Positions 9,978-20,288 of a stretch of 64,000 nucleotides of DNA are shown here, one piece after another. The stretch covers positions 61,190 to 125,189 of the forward strand of contig CAZDWJ010000008.1 of the NCBI GenBank assembly GCA_964509195.1, given 5' to 3'. The position numbers and the translations under genes were made by a program. The notes beneath the pieces are model-generated. The model was not told the DNA's origin. It saw nothing but the letters and a program-made list of their open reading frames with translations, and did no database searches. Origin of the DNA: an uncultured Leptospira sp. (lineage in GTDB: Bacteria > Spirochaetota > UBA4802 > UB4802). Position 1 is the stretch's first letter, and each line of letters begins with the position of its first letter.

Positions 9978-12227
9978 TTATAATACTTTTTTTCTTATTG
10001 CGAATTGTTTTTTTTCGTGTGATATCGATTGCAATGTGTCTATCTGAGACATTATTTTTGTTAACGTCTTTGTGAGTGCTTCAGTATTTTCATATACGGA
10101 ATTGGTTATTTCAACAAGTTGATTTATAGTAGATGTTATCTGGCTAAGTGTAATTTTTTCCTCCTGTGTTGCAGTTGTTATCTGTGAAGAACCCTGCAAC
10201 ACGACTACCATATTCTCTTCAATGCTTTTAGTCAATTGCTCCTGAGACATACAAAAATCAAGGATAGTGTCTATTGCGTGATTAACCATATACACAGAAC
10301 GCTCAACATCTTCATTTGAATACACCACTGTGCCCATAAGTATTGTCTGGGTTTCAATATCAGAAACTATCTCAGATAAAATTGCCTGAATACTTTTTGA
10401 TTGTTCTAATGATCTATCAGCTAATTTTCCAATTTCATCAGCAACTACAGCAAAGCCCCGGCCATACTCGCCTGCACGTGCGGCCTCAATCGAAGCATTG
10501 AGTGATAAAAGGTTTGTCTTTTCCGCAATATCATTAATGGTTTCAGTTATCTTAAGTATGGTATCAGAATAATTTTTTATTTTTTCTATACCTCTAAGTG
10601 CTTCTGAAAGATGTTCCTTTGTTACCGCAGTTTGGCCTTGGCTTTTGTAACTGAGCTTAACTGCCGTTTTGGCAGCATCGGTAATATGGTTGATGCCTTT
10701 GATTAATTCCATCAGAAGTTCCTTGTTTTTATTAAGCACTGTATCCTGATGCTGTGAGTTAGATGCAATAATATCTACTGTTGATGAAAATTCCTCCAGT
10801 GCTGCTGATGTCTGCTCTATACTAGATGTTTGGTCATGCATGCTGTGTTGCAGAACCTGTGCTGAACGTTCAACTTCCTTTGCAACCTGCTGTAATTCTG
10901 CAATTGACTGATTAATTTTTTGTAAGATTTGTATCAAATCTGCATTCTTTTTTTCAATGTATAGTTTTGAATCAAGGAGTTCCTCAGCAAGTGTTGCGGA
11001 TCGTTGAGACAGTATGGCACCTATACCTAAAATTAGTGCCGGATAACCTAAATTAAGCCAGAAAAAATTTGCATACAATACACCTGAAACAGCAAGTGAA
11101 TCATGTGCTACACATAGCATCATAAAAAGGTACGGGATTAACAGTGTTTTAGCTTCCTTTTGATTTTTTCGTATGCCTTTTATAATGAGTATTCCCCACA
11201 GTATCTGAACGGTAAGCCCAAAGGTTCCTATGACCTCAAACCTCCAGCCTGTAACAGGATCGTTTTCTGTTGCTGAAAGGCTTAGAATGATCATGCATGC
11301 AGCTGTAACTGTAATCACAATCCTGAGTGTTTTGTTAAAACTGGCTGTCACATTTTCAAAGAAGAAATATACAACGATAGCAATAACTGCAGTCAGGGCG
11401 TAGTATATTTTATCCTGTGTATTGAAATCAATAATCCAAAAATGCGGTAAGTAAAAATGCATTGCACTTACACACCACACTAGCGAAATAATTGCAAAAT
11501 ACAGTGTCAGCTTATCTTTGTTTTTCAAATAAAAATACAAAGCAATAATGCCTAAAATAAATGTGAGAAAACTTGTAGCAAGTGGTATATATTCGGCAAG
11601 TAAGGAACGGTAAAAATTTATTACTTTAGCATTAGACAGTGTGGTAATTAAAGGTACTCCATTATATTCAGCATTCTGGTTACTGAACACTCTTATGGCA
11701 ATAACATTTGGCTGGTTATAATTAATGATATGTGAAGGAATACTATAATACCTGAAACTGTTCCATTCAGAGTGGAAGTTTGGGTATTCGCTGCCAGCAG
11801 AGCCAATTTTGTAGCCATTGAAGAAAGTTTGTTCCACATCCCACACTTTGCCTAGTACAAATGCAATGTCATGCTTTTTAAATGATTCTGGTATTACTAC
11901 TGATTTCCTGAGCCATAGATACTGTTTTGTTTTTTTAGGCGATAGTTTCCCGGGAAGGGTAATTGGTTGCAGTGATGAATCATCAAATCCAGGATTTACA
12001 ATTGAAGAATTGTCGCCAGAATATATCTTCCAGTCAGAGTGAATGTCAATAACTGGAACGCCTGTATCACAGCCAGCAGTAATAAGCAAAAATATGAATA
12101 TGGTTATATACTGAAGTAAGATAGATACCTTCATTAGTATTCCTAAAAATAAACTGGTGAGATAAATCGCTGTGAATTTTTTATCAAATACAAACGAATA
12201 TGTCAACAATATAAAAAGGAGTGTCAA
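9978..12227 (-). CDS. methyl-accepting chemotaxis protein with a 7TMR-DISM extracellular and 7-TM sensor module
   Basis: Lipobox LLITAGC, an extracytoplasmic beta-rich domain, 7 TM helices, then the canonical MCP signalling motif [33 protein letters not shown]. No HAMP domain evident. The start may be the internal MKVSILL. Confidence 0.75.
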   Translation of the reverse strand: MTLLFILLTYSFVFDKKFTAIYLTSLFLGILMKVSILLQYITIFIFLLITAGCDTGVPVIDIHSDWKIYSGDNSSIVNPGFDDSSLQPITLPGKLSPKKTKQYLWLRKSVVIPESFKKHDIAFVLGKVWDVEQTFFNGYKIGSAGSEYPNFHSEWNSFRYYSIPSHIINYNQPNVIAIRVFSNQNAEYNGVPLITTLSNAKVINFYRSLLAEYIPLATSFLTFILGIIALYFYLKNKDKLTLYFAIISLVWCVSAMHFYLPHFWIIDFNTQDKIYYALTAVIAIVVYFFFENVTASFNKTLRIVITVTAACMIILSLSATENDPVTGWRFEVIGTFGLTVQILWGILIIKGIRKNQKEAKTLLIPYLFMMLCVAHDSLAVSGVLYANFFWLNLGYPALILGIGAILSQRSATLAEELLDSKLYIEKKNADLIQILQKINQSIAELQQVAKEVERSAQVLQHSMHDQTSSIEQTSAALEEFSSTVDIIASNSQHQDTVLNKNKELLMELIKGINHITDAAKTAVKLSYKSQGQTAVTKEHLSEALRGIEKIKNYSDTILKITETINDIAEKTNLLSLNASIEAARAGEYGRGFAVVADEIGKLADRSLEQSKSIQAILSEIVSDIETQTILMGTVVYSNEDVERSVYMVNHAIDTILDFCMSQEQLTKSIEENMVVVLQGSSQITTATQEEKITLSQITSTINQLVEITNSVYENTEALTKTLTKIMSQIDTLQSISHEKKQFAIRKKVL

Positions 12228-12261
12228 TATAAATTTTATCTTTATCTAACAAAGAAGTCAT

Positions 12262-12292
12262 ACTACATAGAAATGGGGTGCACCGCACCCCA
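12262..12292 (-). terminator. intrinsic terminator-like hairpin downstream of the metallopeptidase gene
   Basis: TGGGGTGC-ACC-GCACCCCA, an 8-bp GC-rich stem, followed on the minus strand by a T-rich tract. Confidence 0.5.
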
Positions 12293-12319
12293 TCTGCATT
12301 CTAACTTTGTTTGCTTTAT

Positions 12320-13018
12320 TTACTCATCTCTTCCACCAAGCAGTCCAGCTCTGATAAGGAAATACAACAGTGTCACTATTGCGGAAGCTGCAGCTGCCAC
12401 ATAGGTCATGGCGGCAGCGGAAAGCACTTTACTTACTCCTGCAAGTTCACCAGAGCTTACAATGCCATAGCCCTGAAGTATTTCCTTTGCACGGGATGAC
12501 GCGTTGAATTCAACCGGCAATGTAATAAGCTGGAACACCACCACTAAACTGAAGAGCAATATCCCAAGCTTAACAAGCCCAAGTGATCCCATGATAAACC
12601 CTGCAAAGATGATGATCCATGAAAGGTTTGAACCAATTGATGCAGTTGGTGCAATTGCATTACGTAGCACAAGTGGGCTGTACTGTTTAGCATGCTGTAT
12701 GGCATGACCTGTTTCATGAGCCGCAACGCCAATTGCAGCCAGTGAATTGCTATTATATACCTCAGGCGAAAGCCTTACTACTTTCTTGATTGGGTCATAG
12801 TGATCTGATAAAAATCCAGTGGTTTCTTCAACAGGTATATGGGACAATCCATTTCGCTGTAGAATGATTCGTGCAACATCAGCACCAGAGTACCCCGACC
12901 GTGATGGAATTTGAGAATATTTATTAAACGCACTTTTTACCCTGAACGATGCCCAAAGAGAAATAAGCAATACAGGAGCCATCATCATCCAGTATAAAGG
13001 GTCAATCCCAAAAAGCAT
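12320..13018 (-). CDS. membrane zinc metallopeptidase (Zn_peptidase_2 / COG2738-like)
   Basis: 232 aa with HETGHAIQH (HExxH) and flanking TM helices, typical of this family. Confidence 0.65.
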   Translation of the reverse strand: MLFGIDPLYWMMMAPVLLISLWASFRVKSAFNKYSQIPSRSGYSGADVARIILQRNGLSHIPVEETTGFLSDHYDPIKKVVRLSPEVYNSNSLAAIGVAAHETGHAIQHAKQYSPLVLRNAIAPTASIGSNLSWIIIFAGFIMGSLGLVKLGILLFSLVVVFQLITLPVEFNASSRAKEILQGYGIVSSGELAGVSKVLSAAAMTYVAAAASAIVTLLYFLIRAGLLGGRDE

Positions 13019-13299
13019 TTGTTACCTCCTTAAATGTTTTAGTATACTCAAGTATTAATGGTTCTATTAATGGTTCCTTCCAACACATCTTTACTTTACT
13101 ACATGCAATGTATAATATACAAAAATTCTTTACATATGCAAAGTATTTTTGTATCAATCCTTTTGTTTTTGTTACAAAATTATTACCAGTTTTATCTCCT
13201 GCTATTTTATATTTGACAGTTACTGGAAATAGTATATATTGTAATATACCTTTAATAACCAGGAATATCGCTTAATAATAGTATAAAGGAATTATTGCC

Positions 13300-15156
13300 A
13301 TGAAAAGATCCCTGCCCTTGTTGCTAAGTATTATACTTTCCTGTACCTCCGTTCAGAATGTTCAAAAGGGTAGTATAACTAAACCTGTTTATAAAGAAAC
13401 ATCATTTGAGTTGTACAGTAGAGCGTTATTGCTAAAAAATGAAAAGAATTACTCAGAGGCTATTTCCCTTTTTGAAGAAGCAAGCAAAGAAGGCAGGGAG
13501 TTAGATGCCATTTATTATCAGATTGCTGAATGTTATTATTATCTGTATGATTATGAAAAGGCGATAGATTATGCAAATAAATCAATAGCTATAAATGAAA
13601 ACTGGGATAAGCCTTACCTGTTGCAGTATTCAGTGTATATGAACCTGAATCAAATTGATGAAGGTACTTTAGTACTTGAAAAACTGTTACAGAAAAGACC
13701 TGAGTTGTACAGAGTTCGATTTAATCTGGCTACCGTCTATTATTCACAACTGAAACAGAATATTAAAGCCCGGTATCATTTTTTAAAAATTATCGAACAG
13801 AGTGAATTTGAATCAATTGAATCCTACTACAAAGAGCAATCATATTACTATTTGGGGCATATATATTACAGCTTTGGTGAATATAAAAAATCATATCACT
13901 TCTTTTCAAAGTCATATAATGAAAACCCCGAAAACCATTCCATGGTATATATACTTGGCCTTTTAAATCTTGAGAAAGGGGATATAACTCAGGCAACCAG
14001 CTTACTATCACAATATCTGGATCGCTATCCTAATGATCTCAAAGCCATATTGCATCTTGGCAGGATATATTATATCTATGAAGATATGAAAGCCTTGCAA
14101 GTGTTACGAAAGGCCATCCATCACAGGAGCTCTGAAGGGTTGCTGGCGCGAATGATGTATCTGGAACTTTTGCACAAAGATGATGAAGCTATGGAAATTG
14201 CTCAGAAATTAAAACGCATGAACAGCTCTCTAGATATGCCATATATTACAATAGCGCGTATTGCAATGAGGAAGCAGGACACTGCTACTGCTGCATCAAA
14301 TTTTTATACTGCCGGAGTATTGTTATATCAGAAAAAAGATAATAATGCAGCCATACCCATGTTTATCAAGGCACTGGGGATGGACCAAAATATACAGGAG
14401 GCAAATCTCTACTTAGGTCAAATATATGAAGATTTAAACCAGCTTAATACAGCCATCTATTATTATACTAAAGCAAAAACATCTAAAAATGAAAAAGACA
14501 TTTTACTGAGAGTAGGATATCTGTATGCACTGTTGAAGGATTATACTAAAGCATTTGAATATATGAATGCAGCGCAGGCAATGGATACAAAATATCCTGA
14601 TGCATATTTTTTCAAAGGTCTGGTATATTTAAAGAAAAATAGTTATAGTGAAGCTGAAGATATGTTGCGCAAAGCGGTTAATTTAAAAAAGGATGAAATG
14701 TATTATTTTTACTTAGCATCAGTTCTTGATAAACAGAAAAGAGTGCAGGATACTATCGCCATACTCCAGGAAGCCTGCGATAATGAGCTAAAAAGTGCCC
14801 GTATATGCAACTACCTTGGCTATTTATATGCAGATAATGGCATAAAATTAGATGAATCATATACGCTTATCAGTAGGGCCCTGGAAAGCGAACCAACCAA
14901 CGGTGCATATCTTGATTCGCTGGGGTGGGTATATTATAAAATGGGGAAATATCATGATGCGCTGCCATTATTACTTGAAGCTGCACAGGAATTGGAATTG
15001 GAAGGATACCCTGATGCAGTAGTGTATGAACATATAGGTGATGCCTACAATGCACTGCAATTACAGGATAAAGCTGTTGAGTACTGGAATAAATCATACA
15101 CTCTTGACCCAAAACCTGAAGTGCAAAGAAAGATACATACTCAGAAAGGGAAGTAA
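13300..15156 (+). CDS. TPR repeat lipoprotein
   Basis: Lipobox (LSCTS) and more than 10 TPR-like repeats (AISLFEEASKEG, YYQIAECYYYL, etc.). 618 aa. Confidence 0.75.
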   Translation: MKRSLPLLLSIILSCTSVQNVQKGSITKPVYKETSFELYSRALLLKNEKNYSEAISLFEEASKEGRELDAIYYQIAECYYYLYDYEKAIDYANKSIAINENWDKPYLLQYSVYMNLNQIDEGTLVLEKLLQKRPELYRVRFNLATVYYSQLKQNIKARYHFLKIIEQSEFESIESYYKEQSYYYLGHIYYSFGEYKKSYHFFSKSYNENPENHSMVYILGLLNLEKGDITQATSLLSQYLDRYPNDLKAILHLGRIYYIYEDMKALQVLRKAIHHRSSEGLLARMMYLELLHKDDEAMEIAQKLKRMNSSLDMPYITIARIAMRKQDTATAASNFYTAGVLLYQKKDNNAAIPMFIKALGMDQNIQEANLYLGQIYEDLNQLNTAIYYYTKAKTSKNEKDILLRVGYLYALLKDYTKAFEYMNAAQAMDTKYPDAYFFKGLVYLKKNSYSEAEDMLRKAVNLKKDEMYYFYLASVLDKQKRVQDTIAILQEACDNELKSARICNYLGYLYADNGIKLDESYTLISRALESEPTNGAYLDSLGWVYYKMGKYHDALPLLLEAAQELELEGYPDAVVYEHIGDAYNALQLQDKAVEYWNKSYTLDPKPEVQRKIHTQKGK

Positions 15157-15163
15157 TGATACC

Positions 15164-15955
15164 ATGATTGCAATATATAAGAACAAATTACTGCCAATAG
15201 CCATATTATATTTAGTTGTCTTTTTGGGATGTACATCCACACCAGTGAAAGAAACTGAAAAAAAAGAAACTAATGCCATAGCACTTTTAGAAAAAATAAT
15301 ACAATTAAATGCCACGTTGCCGCATACAGTGTCTGCGTCGTTCAGGATTGAGAGCATGTCCAAAAATAGTTTCAAGACTTCGGCAAAATTGCAGTATAAC
15401 GTGGATACAAAGAAAGCACGAATGTCAATTGTGGATTCGGTATTTGGCAGCCAGCTCAGTGTGGTAGTACGTGACAATGATACGCTGTACATTTATCAGC
15501 CTATTGATAATAACTTGCTTGTGTTTGATTATTCTAAGTTCCCAGTGCACTCATTCCTGCCGTTTGATATAGATGTTGAACTTATTGATAATCTTTTAAT
15601 AGGGAAAATTCCATTGTTGAAAAATTACTATGCTACTAAAGCTTTAGAATCTGATGGTGAGCAATTTATACTGCTGGAAAATGATACAATGCATCAAACC
15701 ATATCAATGAAAAATGCTATGCTCACAAAGATTTTATTTGTGCAAAAAGGAAGCAATGCCCGATATGAGATATATTTTATTAAGCCAAAGGTAGAAAATA
15801 ATATCTTTACCTGTACTGCAATACGATTTGTTGATGTTACCGGTAAAACAACCTTTGAAGTGACCATGCAGCAGTACACTATTAATGCTAGTGTGCCTGA
15901 TGGGATTGCGGAATTGAAATTGCCCAAAAATACAAAAATAATAGATTACCGATAG
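15164..15955 (+). CDS. hypothetical lipoprotein
   Basis: ATG at 15164 gives MIAIYKNKLLPIAILYLVVFLGCTST (lipobox). The longer track ORF from 15038 would overlap the TPR gene by 119 nt, so the internal start is preferred. Confidence 0.5.
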   Translation: MIAIYKNKLLPIAILYLVVFLGCTSTPVKETEKKETNAIALLEKIIQLNATLPHTVSASFRIESMSKNSFKTSAKLQYNVDTKKARMSIVDSVFGSQLSVVVRDNDTLYIYQPIDNNLLVFDYSKFPVHSFLPFDIDVELIDNLLIGKIPLLKNYYATKALESDGEQFILLENDTMHQTISMKNAMLTKILFVQKGSNARYEIYFIKPKVENNIFTCTAIRFVDVTGKTTFEVTMQQYTINASVPDGIAELKLPKNTKIIDYR

Positions 15956-17181
15956 TACTCAGATATAATATTTTGATATATAGTTGCCATTTGCATAGCG
16001 GCATTGTCCCAGTTGAAAAGTGTTTTTACACGCTGAATACCCTTGTGCGATAGCTCCTGTAGCAATGTTCTGTTGTGTAGTAGCCTGTCGATGGCATTAG
16101 CCAGTGCCACCTCATCACGGGTAGGCACAACAACTCCAGCATCGCCAACCACTTCCCTCAACGCACCACCGTCACTGGCAATAACTGGTGTACCGCATGC
16201 CATAGCCTCGGCAGCAGGAAAGCCAAACCCCTCGTACACAGACGGCACAATGGCTATTGCAGCTTCATTATAGTGATGCACCAGCTCATCAGTTGAGGCG
16301 GCGCCTACAAATTCTACTTTAGTGCGTACACCTAATGTATCAACAAGCTTCTGGGTGATGCGTCGGTGTGGAGCACCACCATCAATCACTGTCAATGTGG
16401 CCTTGCTTTTAATAAGGGTCAGAGCTTTTAAAAGATATACAAATCCTTTTTTGCCATCTTCAACATTTCCAACAAACAAAAGCTTGTCTGGCTTTTTCTT
16501 AACATGTGGAAGTTTTCTAAAAATTGAGGTATCTAACCCATTATATACCACTGACTGTTTGTGAGGAGGAACGCCAAAATCTTTTGTAATTCTGTTTTTT
16601 GAATCTTCCGAAACTGTAATGATATGGTTAAGCCTTTTTGAAACAATTTGCTGCATTAAAATAGGATAAAACATGACGCCTTTTATTCTGTTAGTAAACG
16701 ATGATGCACGCTCAAGCACATTTTCTAGGTCAATAGTTAATGGATGATGGATAGTGGCTATTACAGGAATACCTAAGGCTTTCATAAAAAGAAGGCCATA
16801 GCCAATACACTGATTGTCATGAATGATGTCAAACTGGAGTTTTTGGTGGAGCTTTCGCAGCATAAAAAAAGCACGATAGCTGAAACCGCTTATTTCAGAG
16901 AACGCACCAAACCGTGAGTGGATATATTCGTATGCGTTAATAGGATTAAAAATATCAAATGGCTTATCCTGTGTGATGAATTCAAAACCTTTTTTGATAT
17001 AGTATTGATTATTTTCTATATAGTGAATGGTAACATTTTCCATTTTGTGTGGATAGGGAGGGCCCACAACTGCATGCACCTGATGCCCCTGACGGGCAAG
17101 AGCTTCCGCTACATATTTAAGGTAAATACCCTGTCCTCCGCAAAAAGGGTTTGCCCTGTAACACAAAAGGCATATCCTCAT
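15946..17181 (-). CDS. glycosyltransferase family 4 (GT4, GT-B fold)
   Basis: 411 aa. C-terminal EGFGFPAAEAMACGTPVIASDGGALREVV is the canonical GT4 E-x7-E donor-binding region. Confidence 0.8.
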   Translation of the reverse strand: MRICLLCYRANPFCGGQGIYLKYVAEALARQGHQVHAVVGPPYPHKMENVTIHYIENNQYYIKKGFEFITQDKPFDIFNPINAYEYIHSRFGAFSEISGFSYRAFFMLRKLHQKLQFDIIHDNQCIGYGLLFMKALGIPVIATIHHPLTIDLENVLERASSFTNRIKGVMFYPILMQQIVSKRLNHIITVSEDSKNRITKDFGVPPHKQSVVYNGLDTSIFRKLPHVKKKPDKLLFVGNVEDGKKGFVYLLKALTLIKSKATLTVIDGGAPHRRITQKLVDTLGVRTKVEFVGAASTDELVHHYNEAAIAIVPSVYEGFGFPAAEAMACGTPVIASDGGALREVVGDAGVVVPTRDEVALANAIDRLLHNRTLLQELSHKGIQRVKTLFNWDNAAMQMATIYQNIISEYYR

Positions 17182-17813
17182 ATACGTGGTGCTCCCACCT
17201 TTTGATACAGTGTGCTATGAGTGATAACCTTCTCAGGGTCAATATCTTTTATAATCCGTGCAGGATTACCTGCCACAACAACATTTGGCGGTACATCCTT
17301 TGTTACTACGGCACCTGCGCCAACAACAGAGTTTTCGCCTATATGCACACCTTTGCAAATAATAGCAGAATCACCAATCCAAACACCCTTTTCAAGAATA
17401 ATTGGTGCAGTTTTGCCAATAGGATTGGTGCGGTCATGTATGTCATGCCAGTCGGCATCAGTAAGATAGCAAAAGTTTGCTAGCATACAGTCATCACCAA
17501 TAATAATATGCGATGCACTGCTGATGCGCACACCGTTCATAACAAGCACATTATTGCCAATATCAATACGCCCTTCGTGCCCGGCCAGCCTTACAGTTGT
17601 TAACGCAGTTTTGCTGCCATTTGCAGCCAAAAAGACCACATTTTTTCCAAGGTGTATGTTGGGACCATATATATCGATATTCCATAAGCCCCACACAATG
17701 GGATTACCTGCAATGGAAGCAAATTTCTTTTTATACGATAGCTCCCAGTATAAACGGGTTTTTATGTTAAACACCAATCGTTTGAATGCTGATACTTTGA
17801 GATAGTTTTCCAT
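17178..17813 (-). CDS. hexapeptide-repeat (LbH) sugar O-acetyltransferase-like protein
   Basis: Isoleucine-patch repeats (IGDDCMLANFCYL, IGKTAPIILEKGVWIGDSAIICKGVHIGENSVVGAGAVV). Overlaps the GT4 start by 4 nt, indicating an operon. Confidence 0.75.
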   Translation of the reverse strand: MENYLKVSAFKRLVFNIKTRLYWELSYKKKFASIAGNPIVWGLWNIDIYGPNIHLGKNVVFLAANGSKTALTTVRLAGHEGRIDIGNNVLVMNGVRISSASHIIIGDDCMLANFCYLTDADWHDIHDRTNPIGKTAPIILEKGVWIGDSAIICKGVHIGENSVVGAGAVVTKDVPPNVVVAGNPARIIKDIDPEKVITHSTLYQKVGAPRI

Positions 17814-17971
17814 AAAAAGTCCTTGTTTTAGTGATTACAGGCACACTATTCAAATTTGATACACCGTCAAGAGAATTTTTATTGTTCAAATAGAAAACCA
17901 ACTGGTAAAATTATATCCCAGTTGGTGTGCATTGTAAAAAATAATTGTTACAGTGATAATGATTTGCGCGT

Positions 17972-18796
17972 TTACAATTTTGTACTTACACCAAAGTCAG
18001 CCCACAGGTGATTTTTTAATTTGCTGGCTTTGCCATTGGCATCACCATCATAGTCAATAAAAAAGTCTCTTGCAATTGTGCGTGCATAATTTACTGCCGA
18101 AAAGAACGTAATGCCTTGATAATCATAAAGTGATGAAAATGTTACTCCGCTGTCACTGAAGCCTTTCCTATCAAAATAGGCATTATTGTAGTATGCTATC
18201 CATATGCCGGCTTTAAATGTAAAATTGTTTGCATTCACCAAATCTTTAAAAAGAGTACCTTTAATATATAGGTCCTGATTGACTGGTGTTTCATCGGCCG
18301 TTTCTTCCACATAGTAATCATAGTATACTTCAAGGGTAGGCACAAAATATGAACTATAACTTGCAATTACATATCCTTCAAAGAAGGATGGATCAACTGT
18401 TGCACCTGCACTATCATAAAATGGATAATGAGTATATTTTACTCCAATAGTGCTACTCAATGAATCTTTACTGTAAGCATATTCAATACCGTAGTCAAAC
18501 TCATGATATGTTTTAGCAAGTTTTCTATCACCTTTTTCAGTTGCCATCAAGTAATCCTGGTTGATACCCACAGTAACATATGCTGTTACTCCACTCAATT
18601 CCAGTCCCACTTTTGGCCATAGAACTCCAGCACCCTTGCCATTTAACTCAATACCACGCCACCAGTAGATACTGTTATAGGTAATGCTGAGCGGAAAATA
18701 TAATTTTTTTTCATCTGAGTAGCTTTTACCTGTAACAATAAAGAGACATGTTACACTAAACAAACATAGAATAAGTGTACTGATACTTTTTTTCAT
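17972..18796 (-). CDS. hypothetical secreted protein, probable outer-membrane beta-barrel
   Basis: Signal peptide (MKKSISTLILCLFSVTCLFIV), alternating hydrophobic/aromatic-rich strands, terminal aromatic region. RBS AAGGAG. Confidence 0.45.
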   Translation of the reverse strand: MKKSISTLILCLFSVTCLFIVTGKSYSDEKKLYFPLSITYNSIYWWRGIELNGKGAGVLWPKVGLELSGVTAYVTVGINQDYLMATEKGDRKLAKTYHEFDYGIEYAYSKDSLSSTIGVKYTHYPFYDSAGATVDPSFFEGYVIASYSSYFVPTLEVYYDYYVEETADETPVNQDLYIKGTLFKDLVNANNFTFKAGIWIAYYNNAYFDRKGFSDSGVTFSSLYDYQGITFFSAVNYARTIARDFFIDYDGDANGKASKLKNHLWADFGVSTKL

Positions 18797-18829
18797 AATA
18801 AACTCCTTTTAAAAAATTTTAAATTTTAC

Positions 18830-18849
18830 AACGCACATATATGTGCGTT
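18830..18849 (-). promoter_or_regulatory. perfect 20-nt palindrome forming a stem-loop at the 5' end of the outer-membrane-protein mRNA
   Basis: AACGCACATATATGTGCGTT. It lies between a minus-strand TTGACA-17-TATAAA promoter-like element (18854-18882) and the RBS/ATG at 18796. Confidence 0.4.
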
Positions 18850-18853
18850 TTTT

Positions 18854-18882
18854 TTATAGTTAGAAAATAATAATGTTGTCAA
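18854..18882 (-). promoter_or_regulatory. sigma70-like promoter candidate for the outer-membrane-protein gene
   Basis: Minus-strand TTGACA (18877-18882), 17-nt spacer, TATAAA (18854-18859). Confidence 0.4.
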
Positions 18883-19212
18883 CAACTGGCTATTTCCCGG
18901 GAGGTTTTAATAGGGTTATTTAACATAGTAGAAATATATATGTAATCTTACTGTAATAAATGGTTTAAGAATACGGTAGCGTTGTGATGTTTTTTATATT
19001 ACTATCCGGATTTACTATGGGGCTGTCCTACAAGTTGTCGTTGTGTAAATGTCGCAAACATTTTATTGTAAAAACGCTCATTTGGATATAATTTTGCCAC
19101 AATGCGTGGCAAAATTACTCAATGAGCGCTATAAAATTTTTATCCAAACAACTTTCTAAACAGCCCTTTAAAGGGGAGGTTATAGAATAATTCCTAGTTC
19201 AGGAAAAAACAT

Positions 19213-20190
19213 TCACTTCTTAGCTAGATCGCTAAGAAATACAGTAATAGCTTTTTCTGCTTTGCCCCAGTCAGATTTGACATATTTTGATAACAGGACA
19301 TGATCCCCATTTTCAATTGCAACTTTTCTGCTTAAAGAATGGGGATTTCCATTGTTAAATGTATCGTAAGCCTTCAGCATTGCCTCAACCTGGGCAGAAC
19401 CGTCTTTGTGTTTGTCATCTTTATAATAATAGAGTAGGAGTACAGGACATGAAACTTTTTTGTAAATATCATCATTAGCAATTAGATCTCCAAGATCTAG
19501 CAATGAATGAAGTGATGCCCAGTAATTTTTTTGATACCAGTACATAGTCCAATTATCTTTAGGATCATCATACGGATCATGTCGTTCACGGTAGGTAGTA
19601 AATAGTAACACGGTTTTAAAAAAAGGCCTGAAAAACAGGGCATTCCCTACTGGATTTGCAAAGCGGTAGAATGGTGATACCAGTACAATAGCATCAGGTA
19701 TATCTGGATGCTCTGCGGCAATATAGGTTGCGATGCCTCCCCCCATACTTGTGCCAATGATTACCAGCTTATCTCCCAAAAGTTTTGTCATCTGTGCAGC
19801 TTCTATAGCAGTGTCAAGAAGCTGGTAGTATTCTGTGTTTTTATGATCATCCATGGTGGTACCATGGCCGGGCAATCGCAAATAGTAAGTATTATATTTT
19901 AATTTTTTGGCGATAGTATCTATCACAAATTGGCCCTCACCACGGGAAGCACCATAACCGTGAATGTAGAGCATTGCTATTTTTGTTTTGGGAGCAAACT
20001 TTAAAAGTTTTTCCTCATTGTTAGGTCGAACTCCTTTTTCTTTACTTTCTTTGAGTTTTAATGTGTAATATTCATCAAATGTAGCAGGAAGTTTTTTTTG
20101 ATTGTATGTATAGGTTATATGTGATTGATACGCATCAACTGCAATGAGTGCAGCAATTACAATAGCAAGTCCTATTAATATTTTTTTCAT
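19213..20190 (-). CDS. secreted alpha/beta hydrolase (esterase/lipase-like)
   Basis: Signal peptide and nucleophile elbow GTSMGGG (GxSxG) in an alpha/beta-hydrolase length context (325 aa). Confidence 0.7.
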   Translation of the reverse strand: MKKILIGLAIVIAALIAVDAYQSHITYTYNQKKLPATFDEYYTLKLKESKEKGVRPNNEEKLLKFAPKTKIAMLYIHGYGASRGEGQFVIDTIAKKLKYNTYYLRLPGHGTTMDDHKNTEYYQLLDTAIEAAQMTKLLGDKLVIIGTSMGGGIATYIAAEHPDIPDAIVLVSPFYRFANPVGNALFFRPFFKTVLLFTTYRERHDPYDDPKDNWTMYWYQKNYWASLHSLLDLGDLIANDDIYKKVSCPVLLLYYYKDDKHKDGSAQVEAMLKAYDTFNNGNPHSLSRKVAIENGDHVLLSKYVKSDWGKAEKAITVFLSDLAKK

Positions 20191-20288
20191 ATGGGTCCTC
20201 CTAAGATAATTATTCGATATCGATAAAATAATAAGATATTGAACAGATTAAGTAAAGAAATTTTTAAAAATTTTTTCTTTTTACTATC

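Noticed and set aside
15038-15163. Longer version of the lipoprotein ORF starting at 15038
   Set aside because: It would overlap the TPR gene by 119 nt. The ATG at 15164 immediately precedes a clean lipoprotein signal peptide and follows the TPR stop, so the shorter model is preferred.
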